Below, one piece after another: positions 38,414 through 48,786 of a DNA stretch of 64,000 nt; within the stretch, counting starts at the first letter, position 1, and every line of letters starts with the position of its first letter. The DNA is from a bacterium. GTDB taxonomy: Bacteria > DUMJ01. A model generated the notes under the pieces. That model made no database searches. It saw nothing but the letters and a program-made list of their open reading frames with translations, and was not told the DNA's origin. Location of the stretch: NCBI GenBank assembly GCA_012839925.1, contig DUMJ01000043.1, positions 21,023 to 85,022 of the forward strand, written 5' to 3'. Position numbers and translations under genes: made by a program.

Positions 38414-39084
38414 ATCTCCTCCATCATCTCTAATACTTTTAATGGGTCACTTGCATTGTATATGGGTCTACCTATAACAACAAAGTCTACCCCTCTTTCT
38501 CTGGCCTCTCTATAAGATGCGGTTCTCTTCTGATCATCTCCGCCTGAAGATAGCCTTATCCCAGGAGTTACAACAATAAATTCTTTCCCCAGCTCTTCTT
38601 TAATAAGGGCAGCCTCTCTGGCACTTGCCACTACACCGGATAGACCCGCCTCTTTACAGAGTTTAGCTCTTTTCAGGACTATGTCTTCAACCTCTCCATA
38701 TATACTTAAATCTTTCAGATCTTCCTTGTCCAGACTGGTCAGTAGAGTTATACCCAGTAAATTTGTCTTTCCCCTAGCCGCTTCCTGTGCTTTAGTTAAG
38801 GCATCTCTACCTATACTGCTGTGTATTGTCAGGAAGGAAGGGTTATGTTCTGTGACTAATGTTACAGCATTGGATACGGTATTGGATATATCGTCCAGTT
38901 TTAAGTCTAACATCACTTTTTTCCCCATACTGTAAAGTCTATCAACTAATTCCCAGCCAAATTTATAGAAGGCTATATAACCTATCTTATAGTATGAGAT
39001 AGCATCTCCCAATCTGTCTATAAGTTCGAATATTCTGATACTATCTGTAATGTCTAAGGCTACTATTATCTCAGGATTCATCAC
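38410..39084 (-). CDS. pyrF: Orotidine-5'-phosphate decarboxylase
   Basis: 224 aa with the standard PyrF motifs: IVALD, the DLKLDDI Lys-Asp catalytic region, VVTPGIR and GRPIY. Confidence 0.85.
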   Translation of the reverse strand: MMNPEIIVALDITDSIRIFELIDRLGDAISYYKIGYIAFYKFGWELVDRLYSMGKKVMLDLKLDDISNTVSNAVTLVTEHNPSFLTIHSSIGRDALTKAQEAARGKTNLLGITLLTSLDKEDLKDLSIYGEVEDIVLKRAKLCKEAGLSGVVASAREAALIKEELGKEFIVVTPGIRLSSGGDDQKRTASYREARERGVDFVVIGRPIYNASDPLKVLEMMEEI

Positions 39085-39090
39085 TATCCC

Positions 39091-39417
39091 CTAGAATATC
39101 CATCCCAGTATCCAGGAAACTATACTTATAAAGAGTCCCCCCAATATGGCAGACCAGAAAGATACTATAGAAAATCCGGGGATAAGCCAGGCTACCATCT
39201 CCAGCAAGATAGCATTTATCACCAGCGTAAATAAACCCAATGTAATTATGTTTATGGGTAATGTTAGTATCTTAAGTACAGGTTTTATTATTATATTTAG
39301 AATGCCTAAGATTAAAGCAGCTATAAGAGCATCTACAAAGCTCCTTACTGATATCCCGGAGATGATATAGGGTGTGAGACATATTGCTATCGTAAGTATA
39401 AGCCAACGTTTTAACAT
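39091..39417 (-). CDS. Small 4-TM membrane protein, YvlD/DUF360 ('phage holin 4_2') family
   Basis: 108 aa, entirely hydrophobic with four TM segments. Its size and profile match the YvlD-like family. Confidence 0.5.
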   Translation of the reverse strand: MLKRWLILTIAICLTPYIISGISVRSFVDALIAALILGILNIIIKPVLKILTLPINIITLGLFTLVINAILLEMVAWLIPGFSIVSFWSAILGGLFISIVSWILGWIF

Positions 39418-39869
39418 ACCATTACTCCTTCCAGTTTTAATAGTAAGAGTTTCTTCTGGATTCCAAACCCATAGCCTCCCAGTCCATTTTTACCTATTAC
39501 TCTGTGGCAGGGTATTACTATCGGACATGGATTAATCCTCATTGCATTACCAACCACTCTTGCATATCTAGGTTTTCCAATCATCTCTCCTATCTCGGAA
39601 TAGGTATGAACCTTTCCATAAGGTATGCTCCTCACTATTTCCAGTATTCTCCTGTAGGTAGAATTTATATTACCGTAGTCTATGGGTATATCACCGAAAT
39701 TTATCCTTTCACCAATAAAATATCTCTTAAGCAGATCTCCCAGACCCAAAGGGTCATTTTCATCCCCTTCAGTTTTTATCCCATCCAGCCATTCTAGATC
39801 TGTTAAACCTTTATCATTCATTTTGTATTTAAATACACCGTATAGCGGTACACTCAACGAGTATGTCAT
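39411..39869 (-). CDS. ogt: Methylated-DNA--protein-cysteine S-methyltransferase (Ogt/MGMT)
   Basis: The C-terminal motif IPCHRVIGKNGLGGYGFG (PCHRV active-site Cys) is present. The start is taken as the internal ATG (MTYSLSV), just after the uvrC stop, rather than the ORF-track start at 39884. Confidence 0.85.
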   Translation of the reverse strand: MTYSLSVPLYGVFKYKMNDKGLTDLEWLDGIKTEGDENDPLGLGDLLKRYFIGERINFGDIPIDYGNINSTYRRILEIVRSIPYGKVHTYSEIGEMIGKPRYARVVGNAMRINPCPIVIPCHRVIGKNGLGGYGFGIQKKLLLLKLEGVMVC

Positions 39870-41611
39870 AGATTTTCCACCCATTTTTTTACCTCTTCTG
39901 CCACATTTTTAGGGATGCGACAACTCTTAGCTAGTTCTTCTACAGGTATATCCTTTATGGTTGATAGATCAGGATAAGACAACAGTATCTTTTTCGTCCT
40001 TTCTTTACCTACGCCAGGTATATCCAGGAGACTTGATTGCAACTCCTTTTCTCTTAGCTGGTGGTGATATTTTACAGCAAATCTATGAGCCTCATCCCTT
40101 ACCTTCTGCAGTAATCTTAAAGCCTCGGACCTTCTGGAAAGTCTAAGGCTGTTACCCTCAGGAAACCAGATTACCTCTTCCCTCTTTGCCAGTCCTATCA
40201 CCGGTATATCTAGCCCTTTTGATGCCAGAACTTCCCTTGCTGCTCCAACCTGTCCCAGTCCACCGTCTATCAGTATGAGATCAGGTAATTCTAAGTCACC
40301 ATTGTCTAACCTTCTCCAGAGGACCTCCTGCAGCATTGCATAGTCGTTAGGTCCTTCTACCGTTTTTATCCTGAACTTTCTGTAGCCATTTTTGTATGGT
40401 TTACCGTTTTTAAATACAACCATAGAACCAACTGCAGTCATTCCTCTTATATTGGAGATGTCATAGCCTTCTATTGTCTCTGGAAGTTTGGATAATCCGA
40501 GTACCTCTTTCAGGCTTATAAGAGGGTCTTCTATAGAAACTATCTTTTGATTAAATCTCTCCAAAACGTTTTTCTCTGCTATGTCTAAAAGCTTTTTAAG
40601 CTCTCCCTTTCTTGGATATTTTATGTCTACCCTCCTCTGAGACCTTGAGTTCAGCCACTCTTCCAGGAGTTTTTTATCCTTTATCTCCTGATTGACAACT
40701 ACAAGTGGCGGGATATAGTTTCCATTTCTATAAAATGCAGTAACGAATGCCCCCAGTACATCCTCTTCACCAGGATTTTCAATCTCAAAATCTTCCAGTC
40801 CTATAAGTACCCCTCTTCTTATGAATAGTACTACTGCACTGTAATTTGATTTAAGAGTGAAAATAGCAAATACATCTGCATCTATCTTTTTGGTACTTAC
40901 CACATATTGTTTTTCTGCTGTCTTTTTCAGGGCTATTATCTGATCTCTCAAGACTGCAGCCTTCTCAAAATCTAACTCTCCTGCCATATGGAACATCTCT
41001 TCTTTCAAGTCGTTAATTATCTCTTTGCTATCTCCATTTAACACTTTTACAGCTTCTTTTATATCTTGCATATATGATTTGTGGAATGTTAGGCTATCGT
41101 TTATACAGGGAGCAGAACACAGTCCCAGATGATAGTTCAGGCAGGCATTCTTAAATCTGGTAGGATCCCCTGTACAGCTTCTTATCTTAAATCTCTTACG
41201 TATCACATGTATAACCGCTCTGAGCGCCTGGGTACTTGTATAAGGACCGAAGTATTCCCCTTTATCCTCTATCCTCCGTGTCACAGTGAGGATTGGATAT
41301 TTGTCTTTAGTAATCAGGATATACGGGTAAGTTTTATCGTCTTTAAGTCTTACATTATAAGGAGGTCTATACTGTTTTATTAGATTATTTTCTAACACTA
41401 AGGCTTCAATCTCCGAAGATGTGACAATATAATCTACATCTTCTACCTGAGATACCATATCTCGTATCCTTGGATTGTCTGGATTTATATATGACCTGAT
41501 TCTATTCTGCAGGACCTTTGCTTTCCCAACATACAGCACATTATTGTTTTTATCTCTCATTATATATACGCCTGGATTCTCAGGAAATATATCATCTATT
41601 AGACTAGGCAT
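39866..41611 (-). CDS. uvrC: Excinuclease ABC subunit C
   Basis: 581 aa. The GIY-YIG N-terminus ([29 protein letters not shown]), a UvrBC-interaction region, an RNase H-like endonuclease domain and C-terminal HhH are present. Confidence 0.95.
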   Translation of the reverse strand: MPSLIDDIFPENPGVYIMRDKNNNVLYVGKAKVLQNRIRSYINPDNPRIRDMVSQVEDVDYIVTSSEIEALVLENNLIKQYRPPYNVRLKDDKTYPYILITKDKYPILTVTRRIEDKGEYFGPYTSTQALRAVIHVIRKRFKIRSCTGDPTRFKNACLNYHLGLCSAPCINDSLTFHKSYMQDIKEAVKVLNGDSKEIINDLKEEMFHMAGELDFEKAAVLRDQIIALKKTAEKQYVVSTKKIDADVFAIFTLKSNYSAVVLFIRRGVLIGLEDFEIENPGEEDVLGAFVTAFYRNGNYIPPLVVVNQEIKDKKLLEEWLNSRSQRRVDIKYPRKGELKKLLDIAEKNVLERFNQKIVSIEDPLISLKEVLGLSKLPETIEGYDISNIRGMTAVGSMVVFKNGKPYKNGYRKFRIKTVEGPNDYAMLQEVLWRRLDNGDLELPDLILIDGGLGQVGAAREVLASKGLDIPVIGLAKREEVIWFPEGNSLRLSRRSEALRLLQKVRDEAHRFAVKYHHQLREKELQSSLLDIPGVGKERTKKILLSYPDLSTIKDIPVEELAKSCRIPKNVAEEVKKWVENL

Positions 41612-44438
41612 AAACCTCTTCCTCTATCTTCAGTACCCTTTTTAGAAACATTCCGGTATAAGATTTAGGGTTTTTAGATATCTCTTCAGGTGTTCCCTCT
41701 GCTATAATATAGCCACCTTTATCTCCACCTTCAGGTCCCAGGTCTATTATATAATCTGCTACCTTTATTACATCTAAGTTATGTTCTATCACTACCACCG
41801 TGTTTCCCATATCTACAAGTCTTTGCAGCACATTTATAAGCTTCTCTATATCGGCAAAGTGTAACCCTGTTGTTGGTTCATCAAGTATGTACAGGGTTTT
41901 ACCGGTACTTTTTCTGGAGAGTTCTGAGGCCAGTTTTACCCTTTGAGCCTCCCCACCAGATAGGGTGGGTGCTGGCTGACCCAGCTTTATATACCCAAGC
42001 CCTACATCCTGCAGTGTCTGAAGTTTCTGCCTTACCGCCGGGACATTTTCGAAATGTATCAATGCCTGGTCTACTGTCATATCAAGCACATCTGCGATAC
42101 TTGCCCCCTTATACTTTACCTCTAATGTTTCTCTGTTATACCTCTTACCATTACACACCTCACAGGGGACATATACATCCGGGAGAAAGTGCATCTCTAT
42201 CTTTATCATCCCATCCCCGTGGCATGCCTCACATCTTCCTCCCCTTACATTAAAGCTAAATCTCCCGGGTTTATAACCCCTGGTCTTTGCAGAATGCGTC
42301 TCTGCAAAGACTTTTCTTATATCATCAAATACTCCAGTGTAGGTAGCGGGATTTGATCTGGGTGTTCTACCTATGGGAGACTGATCTATATTTATCACTT
42401 TATCTACATTTTCAATTCCAATTATCCTGCCATATTTGCCCGGAGTCACCCTTGCCCTGTGGAGTTCTCTCTCCAATGCTTTGTAGAGTATATCATTTAC
42501 CAGCGTACTCTTTCCAGAACCAGAGACACCTGTTACCAGGACCAATACTCCTAAAGGAATATTTACGGTTATATCCTTCAGATTGTGTTCCTTAGCTCCA
42601 ACTATCGTGAGGTATTTACCATTTGGTTCCCTTCTACGGGCTGGTATAGGAATACTTCTCTTACCGGAAAGATACTGACCAGTTATTGATTCTTCACATC
42701 GCATAATCTCTTCCAATGTTCCAGATGCTACCAGATATCCACCATTTTCTCCAGCTCCTGGTCCTATGTCTACTATATAATCAGCTGATCTCATCATAGA
42801 TTCATCGTGTTCTACTACTATTACAGTATTCCCTAAATCTCTCAGTTTCTTTAATGTTTCTATAAGTTTAGACTCATCTCTTGCATGAAGCCCTATACTT
42901 GGTTCATCCAGGATATACAGAACGCCCATAAGACCTGAACCTATCTGGGTTGCAAGCCTTATCCTTTGAGCTTCCCCACCTGATAATGTGGCGGCTGGAC
43001 GCTCAAGAGATATGTAGTCTAATCCTACATCTATCAAGAATTGGAGTCTTGCCTTTATCTCTTTAAGTAGTTGATGGGCTATATAGGTTTCTCTCTCTGT
43101 AAGTTGAAGATTGTTTATAAAGTCTATAAGTTCCTCAGGAACCATACCGATAATCTCTGCTATAGATTTTCCCCCAATCTTTACCGCCAGACTCTCAGGC
43201 TTTAATCTCTTTCCGTTACAGCTGGGACAGGGTTGAGGTCTCATATACTGCTCAATCTCTTCTCTGGAATAATCTGATTCTGTCTCCACATATTTCGCTT
43301 CTAGCATGGGGATGATTCCTTTATAGTACATATTTACATATTTCTTCTGACCAGCAAAACCCCAAAAACTAAATCTGAGAAAGATATTTGGATCCCCATA
43401 GAGTAAAATTTTCAGCTGTTCATCTGTAAGTTCTCTCACCGGGGTAGTCAGATAAAAGCCCAGCTCTTCACCCAGTGCCTCAAGCATACTGGCATGATAG
43501 CTCCCAAGGGGGACCCAGGGGGCAATGGCTTCCATCAGGGGAAGATTTTTATCTGGAATTACCAGATCTGGATCCACCTCCATTTTAAATCCCAAGCCAG
43601 AACACTCTGGACAGGCACCATAAGGGCTATTAAAAGAAAAGATTCTTGGACTAAGCTCTTCCATACTTACCCCACAGTATGGACAGGCAAACTTCTCACT
43701 CAATAAAAGCTCTTCTCCCCCCTCTAGACTTACAATAGCTATACCTTCCCCCATCTTAAGAGTCGTCTCCAGAGATTCGGCAAGTCTGGACCTTACATCT
43801 GGCTTTACAATAATTCTGTCTACTATGACTTCTATATTGTGTTTCTTATTTTTATCAAGATTAATTTCGTCTTCAAGTTCTACCATCTTCCCATCTATTC
43901 TTACCCTCAAGAATCCTGCTCTTCTGATCTCCTCCAGTACACTTTTATACTCTCCCTTTCTTCCTCTTACCACTGGAGATAATAACTGTAATTTTGTCCC
44001 CTGATCCATTGACATTATCTGATCCACCATCTGATCCACCGTTTGCTGAGAGATAGGTCTACCACATTTCCAGCAGTGTGGATGTCCTATCCTGGCAAAG
44101 AGAACCCTGAGGTAATCATATATCTCCGTTACTGTCCCAACTATAGACCTTGGGTTATGTGATACGCTCTTCTGATCTATAGATATCGCAGGGGATAAAC
44201 CGTCAATAAGGTCTACATCAGGTTTATCCATCAATCCGAGGAATTGTCTTGCATATGCAGATAGAGACTCTACATAACGGCGTTGTCCTTCGGCATATAT
44301 GGTGTCAAAGGCAAGAGAAGACTTACCAGAGCCACTTACCCCTGTAAGTACTATAAGCTTATCCCTGGGTATCTCTAAATCTATATTCTTAAGATTGTGC
44401 TGTCTGGCTCCTTTTATAATAATCTTATTTAGAGGCAT
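41604..44438 (-). CDS. uvrA: Excinuclease ABC subunit A
   Basis: 944 aa with two ABC ATPase modules ([16 protein letters not shown] and [16 protein letters not shown]), zinc-finger Cys clusters and LSGGEAQR signature motifs. Confidence 0.95.
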   Translation of the reverse strand: MPLNKIIIKGARQHNLKNIDLEIPRDKLIVLTGVSGSGKSSLAFDTIYAEGQRRYVESLSAYARQFLGLMDKPDVDLIDGLSPAISIDQKSVSHNPRSIVGTVTEIYDYLRVLFARIGHPHCWKCGRPISQQTVDQMVDQIMSMDQGTKLQLLSPVVRGRKGEYKSVLEEIRRAGFLRVRIDGKMVELEDEINLDKNKKHNIEVIVDRIIVKPDVRSRLAESLETTLKMGEGIAIVSLEGGEELLLSEKFACPYCGVSMEELSPRIFSFNSPYGACPECSGLGFKMEVDPDLVIPDKNLPLMEAIAPWVPLGSYHASMLEALGEELGFYLTTPVRELTDEQLKILLYGDPNIFLRFSFWGFAGQKKYVNMYYKGIIPMLEAKYVETESDYSREEIEQYMRPQPCPSCNGKRLKPESLAVKIGGKSIAEIIGMVPEELIDFINNLQLTERETYIAHQLLKEIKARLQFLIDVGLDYISLERPAATLSGGEAQRIRLATQIGSGLMGVLYILDEPSIGLHARDESKLIETLKKLRDLGNTVIVVEHDESMMRSADYIVDIGPGAGENGGYLVASGTLEEIMRCEESITGQYLSGKRSIPIPARRREPNGKYLTIVGAKEHNLKDITVNIPLGVLVLVTGVSGSGKSTLVNDILYKALERELHRARVTPGKYGRIIGIENVDKVINIDQSPIGRTPRSNPATYTGVFDDIRKVFAETHSAKTRGYKPGRFSFNVRGGRCEACHGDGMIKIEMHFLPDVYVPCEVCNGKRYNRETLEVKYKGASIADVLDMTVDQALIHFENVPAVRQKLQTLQDVGLGYIKLGQPAPTLSGGEAQRVKLASELSRKSTGKTLYILDEPTTGLHFADIEKLINVLQRLVDMGNTVVVIEHNLDVIKVADYIIDLGPEGGDKGGYIIAEGTPEEISKNPKSYTGMFLKRVLKIEEEVYA

Positions 44439-46411
44439 TATCTATTTACCGGCTGTCCCAAGATCTCCCGTAGTCTTATAATTTCATCCCTTATATTGGC
44501 TGCTCTCTCAAACTCAAGATTCTCCGCTGCTCTTCTCATCTCTTTCTCTAAATCCTTCAATTTTTTAGCCATCTCTTTTTTAGAGAGTTCCTCCACGTCA
44601 TAACTCTCTTCCTCTTCCGCTACATCCAGCATATCTCTTACTTCTTTTTTTATCGAGGTAGGGGTAATATTATGCAATTTATTATATTCTAGCTGGACCA
44701 TCCTTCTCCTATTTGTCTCTTCTATGGCTCCTCTCATAGAAGAGGTAACAAAATCTGCGTACATTATAACCCTACCGTTTATATTCCTTGCTGCTCTTCC
44801 CATTACCTGTATCAGAGACCTCTCGGACCTTAAAAATCCCTCTTTATCTGCATCCAGTATGGCAACCAGCGTTACCTCCGGCAGGTCCAGCCCTTCTCTT
44901 AGCAGATTTATTCCCACCACTACATCATATTTCCCACTTCTCAGTCCTTTTATAATCTTTGTCCTCTCGATAGCGTCTATCTCAGAGTGAATATAGGTTA
45001 CCTTTATATTTAATTCTTTTAAGAACTGGCTCAGGTCTTCAGCCATTCTCTTTGTAAGGGTAGTTACCAGGACTCTTCCACCGGCATCTATCGTCTTTTT
45101 TATCTCTCCAATCAGATCATCTATCTGTCCTTCAGTTGGTCTTATCTGTATCTCGGGGTCTGTAACCCCTGTAGGTCTTATCAATTGTTCCACAACCTGG
45201 TTGGAGACCTCCAGCTCGTATGGACCGGGGGTTGCTGAGACAAATATCGTCTGATCCACAATATTTATAAATTCATCAAACTTGAGAGGTCTATTATCCA
45301 AAGCGGACGGAAGTCGGAACCCATACTCTACCAGAGTTTCTTTCCTGGACCTATCTCCCTCATACATACCTCTGAGTTGAGGAAGAGTTACATGGGACTC
45401 ATCTATAAAGAGAAGAAAATCTCTGGGGAAGTAATCTATAAGAGTATATGGTCTTTCTCCAGGTTTACGATCACTCAGATGTCTCGAATAGTTTTCTATC
45501 CCAGAACAGTAGCCTATTTCTAAGAGCATCTCTATATCATAAAGGGTTCTGGACTCAAGTCTCTGCGCTTCAAGTAATTTACCCTGAGCTCTGAGTTCTT
45601 TTAATCTTTCTTCTAATTCAGCCTTTATACTTTCTACTGCTTTGAGTAACTTGCTTCTTGTAGTTACAAAATGTTTGGCTGGATATATAACTATATAATT
45701 GAGGGTTCCTAGTATCTCTCCGGTAATCGGATCGAATTCTACTATTCTGTCAACTTCATCTCCGAAACAATCTATCCTGTATATTATCTCTTCAGAAGAT
45801 GGAAATATCTCTATAATATCTCCTCTGACTCTGAAGTTTCCCCTGCTGAGCTCAGTGTCGTTCCTCTCATACTGCAGGTCAACCAGTTTTTCCAGTAACT
45901 TATCTCTATCTATGGTGTCTCCCACCCTTATCTGTACGGTAATCTCCTGGTAGTCTTCAGGAGAACCTAAGCCGTAAATACAGGAGACACTGGCAACTAT
46001 TATAACATCTCTGCGTTCCATAAGGGCTTGAGTGGCAGCATGTCTCATCCTGTCTATCTCATCGTTTATGGAGGCATCCTTTTCTATATAAGTATCGGTG
46101 GTGGGTATATATGCTTCTGGTTGATAGTAATCGTAATAACTGATGAAATATTCTACCGCATTATATGGGAAGAAACTTTTAAACTCACTGTACAACTGAG
46201 CAGCCAGAGTTTTATTATGGGCAATAACAAGTGCAGGTCTTTTAACCTTCTCTATGATATTAGCCATAGTGAAGGTCTTTCCGCTTCCAGTTACTCCCAG
46301 AAGGGTCTGGAATCTATACCCCTTATTCAGTCCCTCTACCAGATTTTTAATAGCCTGCGGCTGATCACCGGTAGGTTTAAAATTAGAAACCAGTCTAAAT
46401 TCTCTATTCAT
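44438..46411 (-). CDS. uvrB: Excinuclease ABC subunit B
   Basis: 657 aa. Helicase motifs (GVTGSGKT and DESH) and the C-terminal UVR domain ([16 protein letters not shown]) are present. There is a 1-nt overlap with uvrA. Confidence 0.95.
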   Translation of the reverse strand: MNREFRLVSNFKPTGDQPQAIKNLVEGLNKGYRFQTLLGVTGSGKTFTMANIIEKVKRPALVIAHNKTLAAQLYSEFKSFFPYNAVEYFISYYDYYQPEAYIPTTDTYIEKDASINDEIDRMRHAATQALMERRDVIIVASVSCIYGLGSPEDYQEITVQIRVGDTIDRDKLLEKLVDLQYERNDTELSRGNFRVRGDIIEIFPSSEEIIYRIDCFGDEVDRIVEFDPITGEILGTLNYIVIYPAKHFVTTRSKLLKAVESIKAELEERLKELRAQGKLLEAQRLESRTLYDIEMLLEIGYCSGIENYSRHLSDRKPGERPYTLIDYFPRDFLLFIDESHVTLPQLRGMYEGDRSRKETLVEYGFRLPSALDNRPLKFDEFINIVDQTIFVSATPGPYELEVSNQVVEQLIRPTGVTDPEIQIRPTEGQIDDLIGEIKKTIDAGGRVLVTTLTKRMAEDLSQFLKELNIKVTYIHSEIDAIERTKIIKGLRSGKYDVVVGINLLREGLDLPEVTLVAILDADKEGFLRSERSLIQVMGRAARNINGRVIMYADFVTSSMRGAIEETNRRRMVQLEYNKLHNITPTSIKKEVRDMLDVAEEEESYDVEELSKKEMAKKLKDLEKEMRRAAENLEFERAANIRDEIIRLREILGQPVNR

Positions 46412-46480
46412 ATTATATCCCTCAATAAATTATACCACAGATATAAGGATACAGATTTATAAGATCAGAAATATAAAGGA

Positions 46481-46498
46481 GGATACACTTCTGTATCC
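46481..46498 (-). terminator. Hairpin ggataca-cttc-tgtatcc followed (minus strand) by a T-rich run, 3' of the transglutaminase-like gene
   Basis: A 7-bp stem with a 4-nt loop is seen directly. tttatattt follows on the minus strand. Confidence 0.45.
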
Positions 46499-46520
46499 CC
46501 CTTATAAGTTTAACTCTATC

Positions 46521-48509
46521 TTATCTTCTACTTATTGAAAATGTTCCATTTGCACCTGATTCAGGGATTGTATAGTTTCCTGAAATGGTATTTCCCTGAA
46601 CGACACCAATAAATGTGACATTGAATGATCCATAGTATGCGGTAACTTTTCCGGTAAATTGTATGTCTTTTCCCATGATAGTTCCACTTATATTCCCATT
46701 CCCCTCATTAACTAACTCTATCTCCCCCTGTATATTATTTCCAGTCTGGACTATTCTGAAATTCATATTTCCTATAGCTCCGGTGATATTATTCTTGTAT
46801 GTTCCCTGATATACTCCTGAGATATTTCCAGCTGTCTGTGGAGTGGGCTGTGGTACAGCCTGTGGGGTAGGCTGAGGAGTAACCTGTGGAGTGGGCTGAA
46901 TAGCTAATTCGGCTGGACCTTTATACCCCCACTGTTTGAGTGTATCAGCTGGAAGCTTTGGCAGTTCAGGGGTTGATATCCCCTGTTTCTGAAGCTCATC
47001 AACATCGATAATATAGTATCTTCCCATCTGTAGCTCCTGTATATTTTTTCTCCCAGCTTTTATCGCATCCTCAAAAGACATAGACTTTCCCACCGCTGCT
47101 CCTCCAACCCCGGTAGATTCTACCGCTAATAGCTGACCTGATGGCAGGATTACAACAGGAAAGGCATGTCCAGGTATAAGGATTACCCATGTTTTCAATC
47201 CTACCGCTTCACATACGCTGGAGTAGAGAATAGCTAGATCTATACAGGTGCCGGCTTTATCCCTTAAGACATCCCTGGGATACTTCAGGTCCTGTCCCAT
47301 GGACGTATACTCTACAAGGAATCCGGATGGTGTCTGGTATGATATCCCATTAAGGACTTCCAGATCATATAGGGCTTTACAGAATGTTACAGCATCATCA
47401 TCACTAGAAGCAGCTGCAACTCCTCCTGCGAATTGACTGACCATACCTGTAAATGCTCTTACTGCATCGTCTGACTTGGTAACAAATGCAGCTACCAGCG
47501 GAGAATTTGAAAAATTATCAGCCCAGGTTCCTGTTTTCTCTTCTTCAGGAAGATTAGAAAATTCGAATTGGTTTATACCCAAAATCTGTAATCTATAAGA
47601 CATAGTATCACTATATGTTTTACCTGAAGAATCTTTATAGGAATATTTTACTATTAAGTCACATGGAGTCGCACTTTTTAGTTCGGCTACCTTTTGGGAT
47701 ATTATCGGGTAGTAGAAGTCTACCACCGCTCCACCAGGGACTATCAGGCTATACGAATTCTCTGGGGACCAGGAGGCATAATCTCCAAGTCTATAACTTA
47801 TTTTCAAATCTGTAATATCTGAAGTTCCGGTATTTCTGAATATAGTTTTAGCTACCCAGTAACTACCATCAAATATCTCAGGATTTCCATATACTTTGTA
47901 CAGGGCGGACATAACTCTTGGCTTCAGTCTAACAACAATATCTGTTGAAGTCTTCCCCTTTGCTGTTTTTCTGCCTATATCATAAGTAAAAAGCCCAGAA
48001 TTACTGTCATACTTACAGTTTGAAACACCTTTTGGAAGAGTTATATTGAGTACCTCTATCATCACTATACCACCTTCGAAAGACTGTACCGTTAGAAATA
48101 TAGCCCTTTTACCATCAGAATATAACATATCTGCCCCTCTACCTATATTTACCGTCCATCTCTGCTTTTTATTTACCGATGCACCCAGGACATTCGCTGT
48201 AAGTTTTAGGGAGTTATTCTGATCTTCATAAAAAACCTTGGCGTTTCTGAGTTCCATAGTTGCTGATGTCCCCAGGAGATTTCTGGCTATTACATACGGG
48301 TTTGGATAAGCACTCTTAATTTGGAGATATGTAGAGGAAGTTGGAAAACTCCATCTTACACTTAAACTCATATCTCCCTTATCATTTATTACCCCCCACA
48401 GATTAACCTTGATGGTGTTTATCGCAGTTATAGTCTGTGAAAAGGCAGGTACAGATGAAAAGACTAATAAGAGCGAAAGCAGAATTATAAGACCTCTCTT
48501 TTTATTCAC
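46521..48509 (-). CDS. Secreted transglutaminase-like (Cys-His-Asp papain-fold) protein with a Pro/Thr/Gln-rich linker
   Basis: 662 aa with signal peptide MNKKRGLIILLSLLLVFSSVPAFS. The transglutaminase-core-like motif GTCIDLAILYSSVCEAVGLKTWVILIPGHAFPVV supplies the Cys and His. A PT-rich linker PTPQVTPQPTPQAVPQPTPQ follows. The C-terminal G/N/T-rich beta domain was not recognised. Confidence 0.5.
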   Translation of the reverse strand: MNKKRGLIILLSLLLVFSSVPAFSQTITAINTIKVNLWGVINDKGDMSLSVRWSFPTSSTYLQIKSAYPNPYVIARNLLGTSATMELRNAKVFYEDQNNSLKLTANVLGASVNKKQRWTVNIGRGADMLYSDGKRAIFLTVQSFEGGIVMIEVLNITLPKGVSNCKYDSNSGLFTYDIGRKTAKGKTSTDIVVRLKPRVMSALYKVYGNPEIFDGSYWVAKTIFRNTGTSDITDLKISYRLGDYASWSPENSYSLIVPGGAVVDFYYPIISQKVAELKSATPCDLIVKYSYKDSSGKTYSDTMSYRLQILGINQFEFSNLPEEEKTGTWADNFSNSPLVAAFVTKSDDAVRAFTGMVSQFAGGVAAASSDDDAVTFCKALYDLEVLNGISYQTPSGFLVEYTSMGQDLKYPRDVLRDKAGTCIDLAILYSSVCEAVGLKTWVILIPGHAFPVVILPSGQLLAVESTGVGGAAVGKSMSFEDAIKAGRKNIQELQMGRYYIIDVDELQKQGISTPELPKLPADTLKQWGYKGPAELAIQPTPQVTPQPTPQAVPQPTPQTAGNISGVYQGTYKNNITGAIGNMNFRIVQTGNNIQGEIELVNEGNGNISGTIMGKDIQFTGKVTAYYGSFNVTFIGVVQGNTISGNYTIPESGANGTFSISRR

Positions 48510-48608
48510 CTAAACTCACCTCCATAAATTTTTTCTATTTTAGCATAAAAATAAAATTGATAAAATGGATAGATTGGTATCATTACCTGCTGAACATTTG
48601 TTCTAGTA

Positions 48609-48636
48609 TTGACAGTAATTACTTAAGTCTTATAAT
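48609..48636 (+). promoter_or_regulatory. Near-consensus sigma-70 promoter TTGACA-N16-TATAAT, with a ~150-nt leader to the SBP gene
   Basis: ttgaca at 48609-48614 and tataat at 48631-48636 are seen directly. Confidence 0.55.
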
Positions 48637-48786
48637 ATATTGCAAGAGGTAGAATTTTGGGTGTGGATAAGGAGGTGATGACATCTGAATGTGAGAAGTT
48701 TTTGTAGATTTTGTAAGACTGTATTAATTAGGTCTTATTATTTTCAGGTCTCTATTTATATCTAATAAAAGAGGAGGAAAAATAAA

